Assembly (NCBI GenBank): GCA_002269645.1
Contig: NIVC01001265.1
Coordinates: 261,173 to 325,172, forward strand
DNA from: Macrostomum lignano
Lineage: Eukaryota
Length of the DNA stretch: 64,000 bases
Reading direction: 5' to 3'
The position numbers were made by a program, and so were the translations under genes. Below are positions 39,765 to 51,738 of the stretch, piece by piece. Positions within the stretch are counted from its first letter, which is position 1. Each line of letters opens with the position of its first letter. The notes beneath the pieces are model-generated. The model was not told the DNA's origin, made no database searches, and saw nothing but the letters and a program-made list of their open reading frames with translations.

Positions 39765-42700
39765 CCCTCTTCTCTCTCTCCCTCATCTCTCACCTTTCTC
39801 CCTCTTCTCTCCACCATCCCCTCTCCTCTCTTTCCTCTCTCTTATCTTTTCTGTCATCCCATCTCGCCTCTCCTCTTTTCTTTTTATCTTTCGTCTTTTA
39901 TTTTCGCTTTTTCCACTCTCATCTCGCTCGTAGCCATGAATGATTTTGATTATTTATTTGGCCCTTGAGGTAAAAGAGTTTGCCAAACCCTGAATTCTAT
40001 CAGATCACTTCGAGCATCCTCGTTCATGCGCAGGCCCATAATATGTTTTCTCATCAAGTCAGAATGATCACTTTTTCACAGCATCCGACAACCCCTGACA
40101 GATTACTCGTCAGTACTGACGGAAACTTCCAAGTGGGTTAATCATTGTACATGTAGCTAGGCAGTTAGATTTCGGGGGGGGGGGCACAGAGAGTGTACAT
40201 GCCTGAGAGTGTACATGCCTGAGAGTGTACATGCCTGAGAGTGTACATGCCTGAGAGTGTACATGCCTGAGAGTGTACATGCCTGAGAGTGTACATGCCT
40301 GAGAGTGTACATGCCTGAGAGTGTACATGCCTGAGAGTGTACATGCCTGAGAGTGTACATGCCTGAGAGTGTACATGCCTGAGAGTGTACATGCCTGAGA
40401 GTGTACATGCCTGAGAGTGTACATGCCTGAGAGTGTACATGCCTGAGAGTGTACATGCCTGAGAGTGTACATGCCTGAGAGTGTACATGCCTGAGAGTGT
40501 ACATGCCTGAGAGTGTACATGCCTGAGAGTGTACATGCCTGAGAGTGTACATGCCTGAGTGTACATGCCTGACGATTAGAAAGTCAGGGCCGCTGTACAA
40601 CCCTGCGTGAGCGTTTGTGTGAGTGCGTGACTGCGTACAGTATTGGCGCGCTTGTACGTGCTCAGCAGTCAGCTAGCTGGATGGGCAGAATTGCCGTCAG
40701 AGATGGTGTAGGACGATTTCGCCGAAGGCGTGTCCATTATTCTTCCGCAATTATTATTTAGTATTGCTACTACGAGGTAGTATTATTATTACTATTACTT
40801 AAATTCCATAAGCTTCTGCCAGCTAGCGCTGCTTACATAATGAAACACTGTGCTAACAAGGTGAACTGACTCGCCCCTCTGACCCTTCCACTTTCACCCG
40901 ACCCCACCCTACCAAAAACCCGGCCATCTTCGTTCCCAATAATATGCCGATCCCCTTCTGCCCTCCCTCCCTCTCTCTAGGCTCTCCCGATTTTTGCACA
41001 GGGCAGCCCCAGCCTTCCGTGACCTCATAGCGTTCGCCGCTAGGCAGCTGAGGGGAAATTGCAAGGCTGCATCTAGGCGGCTAGGTATCTGGGCAGAGGA
41101 ATCGGACAGACGGCTATCAGAATAGATTAACGCTATGGCCAGCCGTGAATGAAAGAATGTGGAGATGCAGACTGAAAGAAATTCGGAGGCCGGAGATGAG
41201 ATGGGAAGATGGAAGATGATGATGACATGGAGGCTGAGTGATGACATAGATGGTAGATAGAGACTGATATGAAAGCTGAGAGATGAGGAGAGATGGAGGC
41301 TGAGAGATGAAATTAAGAGATGGATGCTTAGAGATGAGATGGGGTAGATTGAGGCTGAGAAACGAGATGGGGAGATCGAGGCTGAGAGATGAGATGCAGA
41401 GATGAAGGCTGAGAGATGAGATGAAGAGATGGGGCTGAGAGATGAGATGAAGAGATTGGGGCTGAGAGATGAGGAGAGAGATAAAGGTTGAGATGAGATG
41501 GAGAGAGGGGGGCTGAGATGAGAAGAGAGATGAAGGTTGAGATGAGATGGAGAGAGGGGGGCTGAGATGAGGAGAGAGATGAAGGTTGAGATCAGATGGA
41601 TAGATACTCGCATACACATGTATACAAATTCCAATTCTAGTTGGTTAGCATAACATAATTAATTAGTAACTAGCTATGCTAATGCACAAACCCTGTCTAT
41701 TCTGAAGCAACTACACGCGAAATGCAGATGCGCAATATGCCAATAATAACAATCAATGGCATTCGAAAGATCCATTGCGCAAAAAAATTAGCCGCAAGAA
41801 AATATTCAGTCTGTTATTCTGCTTTAAATAAGAAGATAAACTCGAGGGTGGCAGAGTTATCTGTTGCGCAAAATTCAAAGATTCCTTTGAGAAAGTACGC
41901 AACACCAGAAATATACCGGTACTTGTCAAAAAATTCTTTTCTCAAATCAAGAAAATATCAGACTTTCATGCCGTCAAAAGCTCAAAACTTCTCACAAGCT
42001 CGAAACTTCTCAAGCTCGAAACTTCACAATAATAAGCTCGAATATTCACAAGCTCGAATATTCACAAGCTCGAATATTCACAAGCTCAAATATTCACAAG
42101 CTCGAATATTCACAAGCTCGAATATTCACAAGCTCGAATATTCACAAGCTCGAATATTCACAAGCTCGAATATTCACAAACTCGAAACTTCCCAAGCTCA
42201 AAACTTCTCACAAGCTCGAAACTTCACAACAATAAGATTGATTCTTCACAAGCTCGAAACTTCACACCAATAAGCTCGAATCTTCACAAGCTCGAAACTT
42301 CACAGCTCGAAGCTTCACAAGCTCAAAACTTCACAAGCTCGAAACTTCACAAGCTCGAAACTTCACAAGCTCGAAACTTCACAAGCTCGAAACTTCACAA
42401 GCTCGAATCTTCACAAGCTCGAATCTTCACAAGCTCGAAACTTCACATTATCAAAATGTTAATTTTACTAGCTTGAAATTTCATCAAAATTTAAACGATT
42501 TGAGATATATCGAGATTGTGAAAACTTTCAGATTTAGGCTTATGAAATCTTTAATTGAACTCGTGTCAGTCAAATCAGCCAGTTGGTGGGTGGCACACAG
42601 GCTGCTACACAGCAGGGGTTATATCTGGCACAGTTTACAGTCACGCCAGCAGCAGAAACTGGATTGGCAGGTAGCACAAAAAACTAAAAAAGCCAAAAAA

Positions 42701-45700
42701 CTGGAGTGGAGGTCGCGTGAGGTGACAGGCCAGTCAGGGGACAGGACACGGGGGGATGCCGTGACTCACTCACCCCCAGATCAATTTATTAAGCATTAAT
42801 CAAGAGAGCTGGACAGATTAATGGCATCGAGTGGTAGCACAATAAGAGATATATAGAGGGGGTAGAGACGACAAACCAAATCCAATTCCATCAAGGATGT
42901 CTGGTCAGGCCTAGAAATCCAGTCACTGATTCTCCAAGCCACGTACGAAGTCTCCGCTCCTCTTTAAGAAATCGTTTTTTAAACGATTACGTAATCAAAC
43001 ACGCTCTGTAAACTCTGCGCTGTCCTGGGACAAGCCTAGTCATAGTTAGGCCAAACAGTTCAGTCAGGAGCTGTCACTGCAGAACTGAAACTCTTAGGGT
43101 GAGACTCTCGGAGTGAAATTCTCAGGGTGAGACTCTCAGAGTGAAATTATCAGGCTGAGACTCTCGGAGCGAAATTCTCAGGGTGAGACTCTCTGAGTGA
43201 AACTCTTAGGGTGAGACTCTCGGAGTGAAATTCTCAGGGTGAGACTCTCAGAGTGAAATTATCAGGCTGAGACTCTCGGAGCGAAATTCTCAGGGTGAGA
43301 CTCTCGGAGTGAAATTCCCAGGGTGAGACTCTGAGTGAAACTCTTAGGGTGAGACTCTCGGAGTGAAATTCTCAGGGTGAGACTCTCGGAGTGAAATTCT
43401 CAGGGTGAGACTCTCGGAGTGAAATTCTCAGGGTGAGACTCTGAGTGAAACTCTTAGGGTGAGACTCTCGGAGTGAAATTCTCAGGGTGAGACTCTCGGA
43501 GTGAAATTCTCAGGGTGAGACTCTCGGAGTGAAATTCTCAGGGTGAGACTCTGAGTGAAACTCTTAGGGTGAGACTCTCGGAGTGAAATTCTCAGGGTGA
43601 GACTCTCGGAGTGAAATTCTCAGGGTGAGACTCTGAGTGAAACTCTTAGGGTGAGACTCTCGGAGTGAAATTCTCAGGGTGAGACTCTCGGAGTGAAATT
43701 CTCAGGGTGAGACTCTGAGTGAAACTCTTAGGGTGAGACTCTCGGAGTGAAATTCTCAGGGTGAGACTCTCGGAGTGAAATTCTCAGGGTGAGACTCTGA
43801 GTGAAACTCTTAGGGTGAGACTCTCGGAGTGAAATTCTCAGGGTGAGACTCTCGGAGTGAAACTCTTAGGGTGAGACTCTCGGAGTGAAATTATCAGGGT
43901 GAGACTCTCAGAGTGAAATTCTCAGGGTGAGACTCTGAGTGAAACTCTTAGGGTGAGACTCTCGGAGTGAAATTATCAGGGTGAGACTCTCGGAGTGAAA
44001 CTCTGAGGGTGAGACTCTCGGAGTGAAATTATCAGGGTGAGACTCTCGGAGTGAAATTATCAGGGTGAGACTCTCGGAGTGAAATTATCAGGGTGAGACT
44101 CTCAGAGTGAAATTATCAGGCTGAGACTCTCGGAGTGAAATTATCAGGGTGAGACTCTCAGAGTGAAATTATCAGGCTGAGACTCTCGGAGCGAAATTCT
44201 CAGAGTGAGACTCTCTGAGTGAAACTCTTAGGGTGAGACTCTCGGAGTGAAATTCTCAGGGTGAGACTCTCAGAGTGAAATTATCAGGGTGAGACTCTCG
44301 GAGTGAAATTCTCAGGGTGAGACTCTCGGAGTGAAACTCTTAGGGTGAGATTCTCGGAGTGAAGCTTTTGGGATGTGAATTTCGGAGTGAAACTCTCAGA
44401 GTGTGAATCTCGGAGTGAAACTCTGAGTGTGAATCTCGGAGTGAAACACCCAGAGCGTGAATCTCGAAGTGAGATTCTAAGAAGAGCCTCTTAAGGTGAC
44501 TTTAGAAACTTTGAGACTTTCGGGGTGAGACTCTTAGAGTGAGATCTTTGGGATGAGACTTTTGTAGTGAAACCTCTGAGGTTTAACTGCCATGGTGACA
44601 CTTCAAGGGTGAGACCCTTAGAGTGACACTTAGGACGAGACTCCAGTGGAAATTAGACACCTGGAATGAGACGCATTCAAGGGGAGCTGCTTAGGATGAG
44701 ACAGACAGAACTCTGGGCTGCGGGGCAAACCTTGTGAAACGAGATGACATTCTCTGGCAGCACCCGGCTAATGGACAGGCAGGACCTGTAGCCGTTGAGC
44801 AACTCGCTGTACATGCGAATAAAGACCGCCCGGATCTGCTTGTCGATCCAGTCCTCTCGGCCGGCCAGGCGGCGGGTCAGCAGCTCGGCCGCCTCGCCGC
44901 CGACAGTCGACGGCCCCGACGCTGTTGCTGCAGCCGATGAGGACACGCCAGTGGCCGCGGCGGCGGAGTCTCCGACGCCAGGATGGTCGACCGCGGAACT
45001 AGAAGCGCTTGACGACGGCGGAAAGGCGTAGTCGGCAGTCAGAAGGCTCGGGTTCAGCACCTGTGTGGAGTGCAAATATCAGTACGTTAAGTGTGTTGTC
45101 AGCCAGTGTCTCAGTGACCCAGCAAGCCAGTGACCCAGCAAGCCAGTGACCCAGCAAGCCAGTGACCCAGCAAGCCAGTGACCCAGCAAGCCAGTGACCC
45201 AGCAAGCCAGTGACCCAGCAAGCCAGTGACCCAGCAAGCCAGTGACCCAGCAAGCCAGTGACCCAGCAAGTCAGTGACTCGGCAGGCCAGCGACCCAGCA
45301 AGCCAGTGACCCAGCAAGCCAGTGACCCAGCAAGTCAGTGACTCGGCAGGCCAGCGACCCAGCAAGTCAGTGACCCAGCAAGCCAGTGACCCAGCAAGTC
45401 AGTGACCCGGCAGGCCAGTGACCCAGCAAGCCAGTGACCCTGCAAGCCAGTGACCCCAGTATGTTCACCCAACAATAACCAACTGAAATGCATGTTAATT
45501 CAACGCTATTTAAATATTGTAACACTTTCAATACCATGGCAAGCGGCCAGCCAAGGGTATAGGATCAGGATAAGCTTCAGTATGCAGCTATAAAAAACGA
45601 ACAGGCTTACAGCACGCAAGTCTACAGGGCCGGAGAGGAGGCGGGGCGGCGGTAAGAGGCGGTCGTTTTCGGGTAGCTAGCAGGAATAGGCGGACAGTCG

Positions 45701-48700
45701 TCAGCGCAGATGGCAATCGCTTCACCAACAACTGGCTGCACACAGTCAGTCAGTCAATTGGCACAAGCCAGTAGCGGTGCTGTAAGCTCCATACTTATAT
45801 ACAGATTATGGCTTGACGGAGGGAACAGACCCAGCTGGAATTCATGCTGTTCTATCTACACTATAATTATTGTCCTGGCACCAGTCATTTAGCTAGCTTA
45901 GAATATTTTAAAAGTCCGCCTACGAAGTTGTAAATCATTCCAATTTTTAACAAGCAGATGTTTTAAGCTATTAAAATTGTTAACCCAGAAACATATAGTA
46001 ATGCATTTTAGTTGTTCAAATAATTCACTAACAGAAATAGTGACAGAGACAGAGCCTCACTCATCTAAGAGTGACAGAATCAAAACCTCACTCATCTAAG
46101 AGTGACAGAAACAGAGCCTCACTCATCTAAGAGTGACAGAAACAGAGCCTCACTCATCTAAGAGTGACAGAATCAAAACCTCACTCATCTAAGAGTGACA
46201 GAATCAGAGCCTCACTCATCTAAGAGTGACAGAAACAGAGCCTCACTCATCTAAGAGTGACAGAATCAAAACCTCACTCATCTAAGAGTGACAGAAACAG
46301 AGCCTCACTCATCCAAGAGTGACAGAGAACAGAAGGAATTGAAAACAGTCAGGCAAACTCACCGCAGTGATATCGCCGATCACAGGCCTAAGAGTGCATT
46401 CTGATATTTGAGTAACGGAGGACTGGCCGCCGGACCATTTCTCGTGGACGCAGCCAAGGTCGAGGTCAGCGCAGATCAGATCAAACACGGCCTCCATAGC
46501 GTCAACGTGACTTTTCAAAGAGCCGTGAATGCCGTACAGAAACGGCACGGTGGCGTTAACGTATTCAAGCAGAGGTTTGGGCAGAATGGGCACCAAAGTG
46601 TGCTCGCTGGAGGAGGATGGGGTGGTGACGCAATAAATATAGCAAATTCTGAATGATAAATAATTTTAATAATTACCAGAGTAGGAAAATAACCTATATG
46701 TATTGGGATGATAAGGTCCCACTGAAGGTAGCAGAGAAGAGGGAGGCGAAGGACAAATCAAGGGGCAGCAGGGACACACTGAGGGACACATCAAGGGGGC
46801 AGCAAGGACACACTAAAGGACACATCAAGGGGGCAGCAGGGACACACTGAGGGACACATCAAGGGGGCAGCAGGGACACACTGAGGGACACATCAAGGGG
46901 GCAGCAGGGACACACTAAAGGACACATCAAGGGGGCAGCAGGGACACACTAAAGGACACATCAAGGGAGCAGCAGGGACACACTGAGGGACACATCAAGG
47001 GGGCAGCAGGGACACACTAAAGAACACATCAAGGGGGCAGCAGGGACACACTAAAGGACACATCAAGGGGGCAGCAGGGACACACTAAAGGACACATCAA
47101 GGGAGCAGCAGGGACACACTGAGGGACACATCAAGGGGGCAGCAGGGACACACTAAAGAACACATCAAGGGGGCAGCAGGGACACACTAAAGGACACATC
47201 AAGGGGGCAGCAGGGACACACTAAAGGACACATCAAGGGGGCAGCAGGGACACACTAAAGGACACATCAAGGGGGCAGCAGGGACACACTAAAGGACACA
47301 TCAAGGGGGCAGCAGGGACACACTGAGGGACACATCAAGGGGGCAGCAGGGACACACAGAGGGACACATCAAGGGGGCAGCAGGGACACACTAAAGGACA
47401 CATCAAGGGGGCAGCAGGGACACACTAAAGGACACATCAAGGGGGCAGCAGGGACACACTAAAGGACACATCAAGGGGGCAGCAGGGACGCACTGAGGGA
47501 CACATCAAGGGGGCAGCAGAGACACACTGAGGGACACATCAAGGGGGCAGCAGGGACACACTAAAGGACACATCAAGGGGGCAGCAGGGACACACTGAGA
47601 TACAAAGCCCCGCCACAGCCCAGAAATTTCCCAGCAAGAATAACCGAGTTCACTCACTAATTAAACGGATAGAGCAGCGCAGTGAGGGCCCTGCAGGCGG
47701 AGGTCAGCCTGGCATAGCTATAAGAAAACAGCGCCACTCTGCAGCCAGTGAGCAGGGCGGTGACAAGCAGGATGCAGTTGTGAATGCCCAGCTGACGGAA
47801 CAGAAGAGTTACAGAGGAGCCCGTTACTGGAACTTCTGAGCACATTGGCGGCCGTACAATCTGCGGGATGTTCGAGTTTTAATTAGAACAGCGTTTAAGA
47901 ATTATTAATGCCAACACCAATTCTACCTATTCTATTGCAATAGAACTAGAAAATAGGTCCACCTCTGTCTAGGGATATCTGCCTATTCTAGAACTATTCC
48001 ATGTCCTATTCTATCCCTAATATATTCCTTATTATATTCCCTAGGAACTATTCCTTATTCTAGAAAATAGGTTTACTTCTGTCTGTCTGGGGAAATCTCC
48101 CTATTATAGAACTAGAAAATAGGTTTACTTCTGTCTGTCTGGGGAAATCTCCCTATTCTAGAACTAGAAAATAGGTTTACTTCTGTCTGTCTGGGGAAAT
48201 CTCCCTATTCTAGAACTAGAAAATAGGTTTACTTCTGTCTGAGTAAATCTCCCTATTCTACACCTAGAACTAGAAAATAGGTTTACTGCTGTCTGGGACC
48301 CTATTCAAGAAATAGAAGATAGGTTCTCCTCTGTCGGGGAAGAATCCCATTGACGCATCACAGAAATACATCGCCACACCTCAACCCACCTGGTGGTCGT
48401 GCGCGGATATGCTAAACCTAGTCGGCACGTGACTGCTAACAATAACTCCGCCAAGCAGATTGCCAACAATTCTTTCTAACTGGCCCTCCTCTTTGCGGGC
48501 CGAGCCGTCTACGTAGGCGGTGTAGATCACGGCTAGACAGTCGTGCAGCACCTCGGGACAGTCGTGCCTGGACAGCAGCACCAGACTCTTGGGCGCGTAC
48601 AGGTCAGCTGGCCGAACCAGATGGGGGTCGGCCGCCGCTGCCTGCTGCAACTCCCCGTTGGAGCCATGGAACTGCTGCTGCTCCAGCTGGTCGTCTGGCA

Positions 48701-51700
48701 GAGATTCAGATGACAGGCCAAGAGACGGCCGACGGCCCATGCAGAGCAGCTTCTGCTGAGAACTGACTGGCTCATAAAAATTGAACATGGCCGCGTAGCA
48801 CTGGGAGCCGCTCTCGGACGTGAAGGTGTGCACAAAAAATGTGGGCGCCTGAGGCCGGCTGGTCAGGTGCCAACCGCAAGGCTGACAGAACAGCTCCTGG
48901 TGCTCCACGAATGCGAAATCTTCCCAATTGGTGATTGGGAAGCGTTGGACAAGCTTGCCACCGCATGACTCCTCCGCGCGACCTTTGGGTTTTGGGAGTA
49001 TTGATGCAATTAAAATCTCTTCAAATGTAGATTTTAGTTAAGTTCATTCATCCCATGCTTATCCAATATAATAATTCTTGCTTTATAATACACATGTATA
49101 GTTTAGTGTACCTTTTACTGACAAATATGAAGTAACATTGGCCAAACTCATAGCACTAAGCCTTTAATAGCCTACAATCCAAACAACCTGACTTGATATC
49201 ATAACACATGCTAAAAATATTTAACTCAGATTTACCTTGTAGTCAAGTGAATTTTAAACTATGAACAAGTTTGTTATATTTCAAGGAACCAAAGAAATAA
49301 AACCAAATAAGAAACCAATTCAATAGAAAACTCCTTTAGTATTATGATTTAGATGCATATGCAAATAGATATAATATTTAATTAGCTCTATTGATGATAT
49401 AGGTATATATATATACAACTTTAAAAGTAGTTTTATTGTCAAAAGTTCCACTTCTCTTTTATAATTTAACATAAGAATTGAAATAAAAATATACCCAACA
49501 GCATTAAAAAATTGCCACCTTTGAGAGTGCACAGTAAATTCTAGCTCAGTATTGACTTTTGAGTGATATAACTTATGCCACGCAATGTAGAGTTGGGCTA
49601 AGTGAGGAGGGATTTTGAAGAGTGGAGGGCAAAGATTAGATGGATTGAAGCTTCCACCTGGTTTTAATTGGTTTTTCAAGCATTTCTTGTTGGTTGGCCA
49701 GGTGATAGACATTGGTCAAAAGACACTATTCATTTGGGTAAAAAGACAATACTTACTGGGGAAAAAAGGTAGCAACTTTCCAACATAGCTGAGTATCCCT
49801 TGGCTATAAAAGAGACATACTCTATGGTATATGTTATAGATATAAATAAATTTATATAAATACCATGCCACTAGACTCTAGAGATAGTATGCCAACTCTA
49901 CAAAAATTTTATATACAATAAGCTTATATGGGGTACAAGTAATTTTGTTAATAAGCTACTCTAATGACAATGTACATTTTGAAATACCAGTTAAAAATTT
50001 GTAGAGCTTTTATTATATTTCTATTAGATCACTTTTATATTATTCATACATGCACAACCTCCCAAATTCCATTAACCATGTGACTTAGTTTTTAACAAAA
50101 ATGCGACATAGTTTTTGGCCAAAAAATGTGACTTACCTGATGCATGAAACAACGAAACATTCAACAAATCAACAAAACATTCGCAACATGAAAGCTGAGG
50201 AAAGAACAGTTAAAAGTTAATCAACATTGTCCTGAGGCTTCTCCACATTGTCACCACTGCGCTGGCAGTAACATTGTCACCAACCCTCATACAATCCATA
50301 TGTATTGTATGAGGGTTCTATTTCAGTTTTTGCAGCCCTATGGGATATAATATAGTTCATTTACAGTTGACAAAGTGATAAAAGTTAGGGAATTTCTAAT
50401 TTGCCAATTGACAGAGTTACCAAGGTTTGAAACCACTTTGTTGGCTTGTTGACAAAAAAAACAATGCAAAAAGGGACCCAAACTAGTCACAAAGATGGTA
50501 GATTTCATGCAAAATTATGGCATATACAAAGGAATTTTCTGGCACACATGGCATACATAGCACATGGCACGCCACTCTTGGTACATAGTCTATATAGTAA
50601 AATCTTCTTAGTTCAAACATAAAGTATGGCATGTGTTAATATATACTTGTTGGGTTGTTCCTTTTTCAAATAAATATTCAATTCACTTCAATCTTCAAAA
50701 AAGCACAAAAAAGTTTTTTAATATATAAATATATATTGTATTGAAAAATTTAAATATCATGACAATTTTTATTTTATTAATATTGAGGAAAAATTCTAAA
50801 ATATGCAAAATTCAAAATTCAAAATAAGATAAAATTAAGATTATCTATTTAATTTATTCAGCATTATGACCCAGGATGGAATTCTTGCACGAAAATTGCA
50901 ACGCGTTTTTGCGTTCAGGAAAAAAATTGCGAAAAATTGCGCAACGCAAAAAAAATTGCGCACCTGTACGGGCTGCAAAAAATGCGACAAAAATTGCGAA
51001 TTATTTTGCGACTATTTACACAGTTTAAATTTATAAATTACTGACTTTACTGTATTAAATCTAGAATTCCTTCAAAACGTAACATTTATAGTTCGTTATT
51101 TACGAACTGTTCAAATTTAAAATTCTTTACTTAAAAAAACAAAGATAATCAGTTTAATATTTATTGTAATGAGTCGTCAAAAAATGCAAGTATAACACTA
51201 TTGCAAAACATTATTTTGACAATTGGTAATGCTAAAAATTGCACCACTAAATTTTGTTTAAGATTGTAAAATTGCGTTTGGTTCAATATGGAATTGCGCA
51301 CCGAATTCCGTTTTATATGCCAGATGCAAGAATTCCATGCTGGATTATGACTAATATATTTTGCAAAACCTAGATTTGTTATATTGCTATATAATAGCTA
51401 CTAGACCCTAGGCCTAATACAAGGTGCACATTTCTTTTTTTGTTGGCGCAGATGCACTTTTTTACTTGACGCACCAGTTAATAATTTGATTAGGGATTTG
51501 TTGCAGCACACATGATGCACCTTCATGACCATGTGACCCAAAGACTAGGACCCAAATGCTTATATCTTATTGCATTAAGAGGGAAAGGTCTAATTAAAAT
51601 GAAAGAATATATACAAGTTTGTCTTCAAAACTGCTAAACAGTTAATATTGTGCTTGAAATAAAAGAATAGCAATACTTACGTGCAGCTGCTTCAAAGTTA

Positions 51701-51738
51701 TAGCCAAATATAGCTAAGTAATCAGCTAATCGACTCAT
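23110..51738 (-). CDS. Sbf: SET-binding factor / myotubularin-related pseudophosphatase (MTMR5/MTMR13 type): DENN-SBF2-GRAM-myotubularin-C1-PH, ~2260 aa, 18 exons
   Basis: Exons 51738-51681, 48982-48390, 47860-47658, 46606-46363, 45060-44731, 38884-38496, 37849-37504, 37143-36859, 36178-35382, 35201-34767, 34162-34026, 33536-33172, 32814-32385, 27806-27688, 27395-26995, 26289-25677, 25440-25117, 23823-23110 sum to 6783 nt with consistent phases. The N-terminus [13 protein letters not shown] resembles SBF MARLADYF. DENN motifs [20 protein letters not shown] and LVPILP; [18 protein letters not shown]; dead phosphatase loop LEDGWD...[13 protein letters not shown]; QFPLSFEFN; C1 HKF...[20 protein letters not shown]; [24 protein letters not shown]. 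Confidence 0.93.
23848..25070. repeat. 38-bp minisatellite (GTGTACATTGGGAGGGGTAAGAGAGATGGGGCAGGCGA)n in last Sbf intron
   Basis: About 32 units filling the intron that splits the C1 domain. Confidence 0.96.
25468..25676. repeat. (GACA)n microsatellite with CACCCAT interruptions, Sbf intron
   Basis: Fills a ~236-nt intron; the GTCTGT donor is itself part of the repeat. Confidence 0.93.
26455..26985. repeat. 30-bp minisatellite (CCAACCAGCCAATCAGAGACAGTCCAGGCC)n
   Basis: About 17 units with two alternating variants. Confidence 0.94.
27955..28872. repeat. 23/24-bp minisatellite (GTATGGGATTCAGTGTGGGGTACA)n
   Basis: Tandem array in an Sbf intron. Confidence 0.95.
29880..30100. repeat. Diverged ~100-125-bp tandem duplication (...CCCCAATTAATCTGAGGCCACTATCAG...)
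   Basis: Two to three imperfect copies. Confidence 0.7.
31255..31500. repeat. Degenerate ~45-bp repeat (CTCGACGCTCATTGGCTAGTTTCTA...CCCCTAA)n
   Basis: About 5 diverged copies. Confidence 0.8.
33643..33992 (+). repeat. 28-bp minisatellite (CCTCCCAGATCCTCAGTTGCTGGGCCAG)n, copy 2
   Basis: Same unit as 21696-21945; lies in an Sbf intron. Confidence 0.93.
34320..34660. repeat. ~20-22-bp repeat (ATTGTAACAAAGACACACG)n
   Basis: Imperfect array. Confidence 0.85.
36192..36565. repeat. 31-bp G-rich minisatellite (TCTGGTGGTGTTAGGGTCTGGTAGGGTTGGG)n
   Basis: About 12 units adjoining the acceptor at 36179. Confidence 0.94.
36595..36845. repeat. 22-bp minisatellite (CAGACAGGGTGCAGGGTTCAGT)n
   Basis: Second array in the same intron, next to the donor. 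Confidence 0.93.
37205..37470. repeat. 51-bp minisatellite (GGGATCTCACTGAATCCCAGTGACCCTCCACCCCATCT..AGTGCTCGGAT)n
   Basis: About 5 units. Confidence 0.9.
37851..38475. repeat. (GACA)n microsatellite filling an Sbf intron
   Basis: Runs almost from donor to acceptor. Confidence 0.95.
39660..39900. repeat. (CT)n / pyrimidine-rich microsatellite
   Basis: Direct reading. Confidence 0.9.
40191..40572. repeat. 16-bp minisatellite (GAGTGTACATGCCTGA)n
   Basis: About 24 near-identical units embedded in a dispersed element. Confidence 0.96.
41200..41605. repeat. GA-rich low-complexity repeat (GAGATGAG...)
   Basis: Direct reading. Confidence 0.85.
41980..42447. repeat. 16-bp minisatellite (AAGCTCGAA[AC/TA]TTCAC)n
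   Basis: Two sub-blocks with ATATTCAC and AACTTCAC variants. Confidence 0.92.
43085..44670. repeat. 28/26-bp minisatellite (GAGTGAAATTCTCAGGGTGAGACTCTCG)n with higher-order structure
   Basis: About 55 units; decays progressively after ~44350. Confidence 0.95.
45110..45457. repeat. 16-bp minisatellite (AGTGACCCAGCAAGCC)n
   Basis: Tandem array near the acceptor at 45061. Confidence 0.93.
46040..46328. repeat. 31-bp minisatellite (CCTCACTCATCTAAGAGTGACAGAAACAGAG)n
   Basis: About 9 units, each with an internal TCACTC/GAGTGA inverted repeat. Confidence 0.92.
46760..47600. repeat. 34-bp minisatellite (GGGACACATCAAGGGGGCAGCAGGGACACACTGA)n
   Basis: About 24 units. Confidence 0.95.
47930..48330. 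repeat. ~50-bp repeat (TATTCTAGAACTAGAAAATAGGTTTACTTCTGTCTGTCTGGGGAAATCTCCC)n
   Basis: Several copies, degenerate at the edges. Confidence 0.85.
50871..51343. mobile_element. Non-autonomous DNA transposon (MITE, hAT-like), 473 bp
   Basis: 19-bp TIRs CCAG(G/C)ATGGAATTCTTGCA with one mismatch. Perfect 8-bp TSD ATTATGAC at 50863-50870 and 51344-51351. Clustered subterminal AAATTGCG motifs. Confidence 0.88.

Noticed and set aside
42800-43080. Possible LINE 3' fragment
   Set aside because: No RT/endonuclease motif found in the frames I translated.
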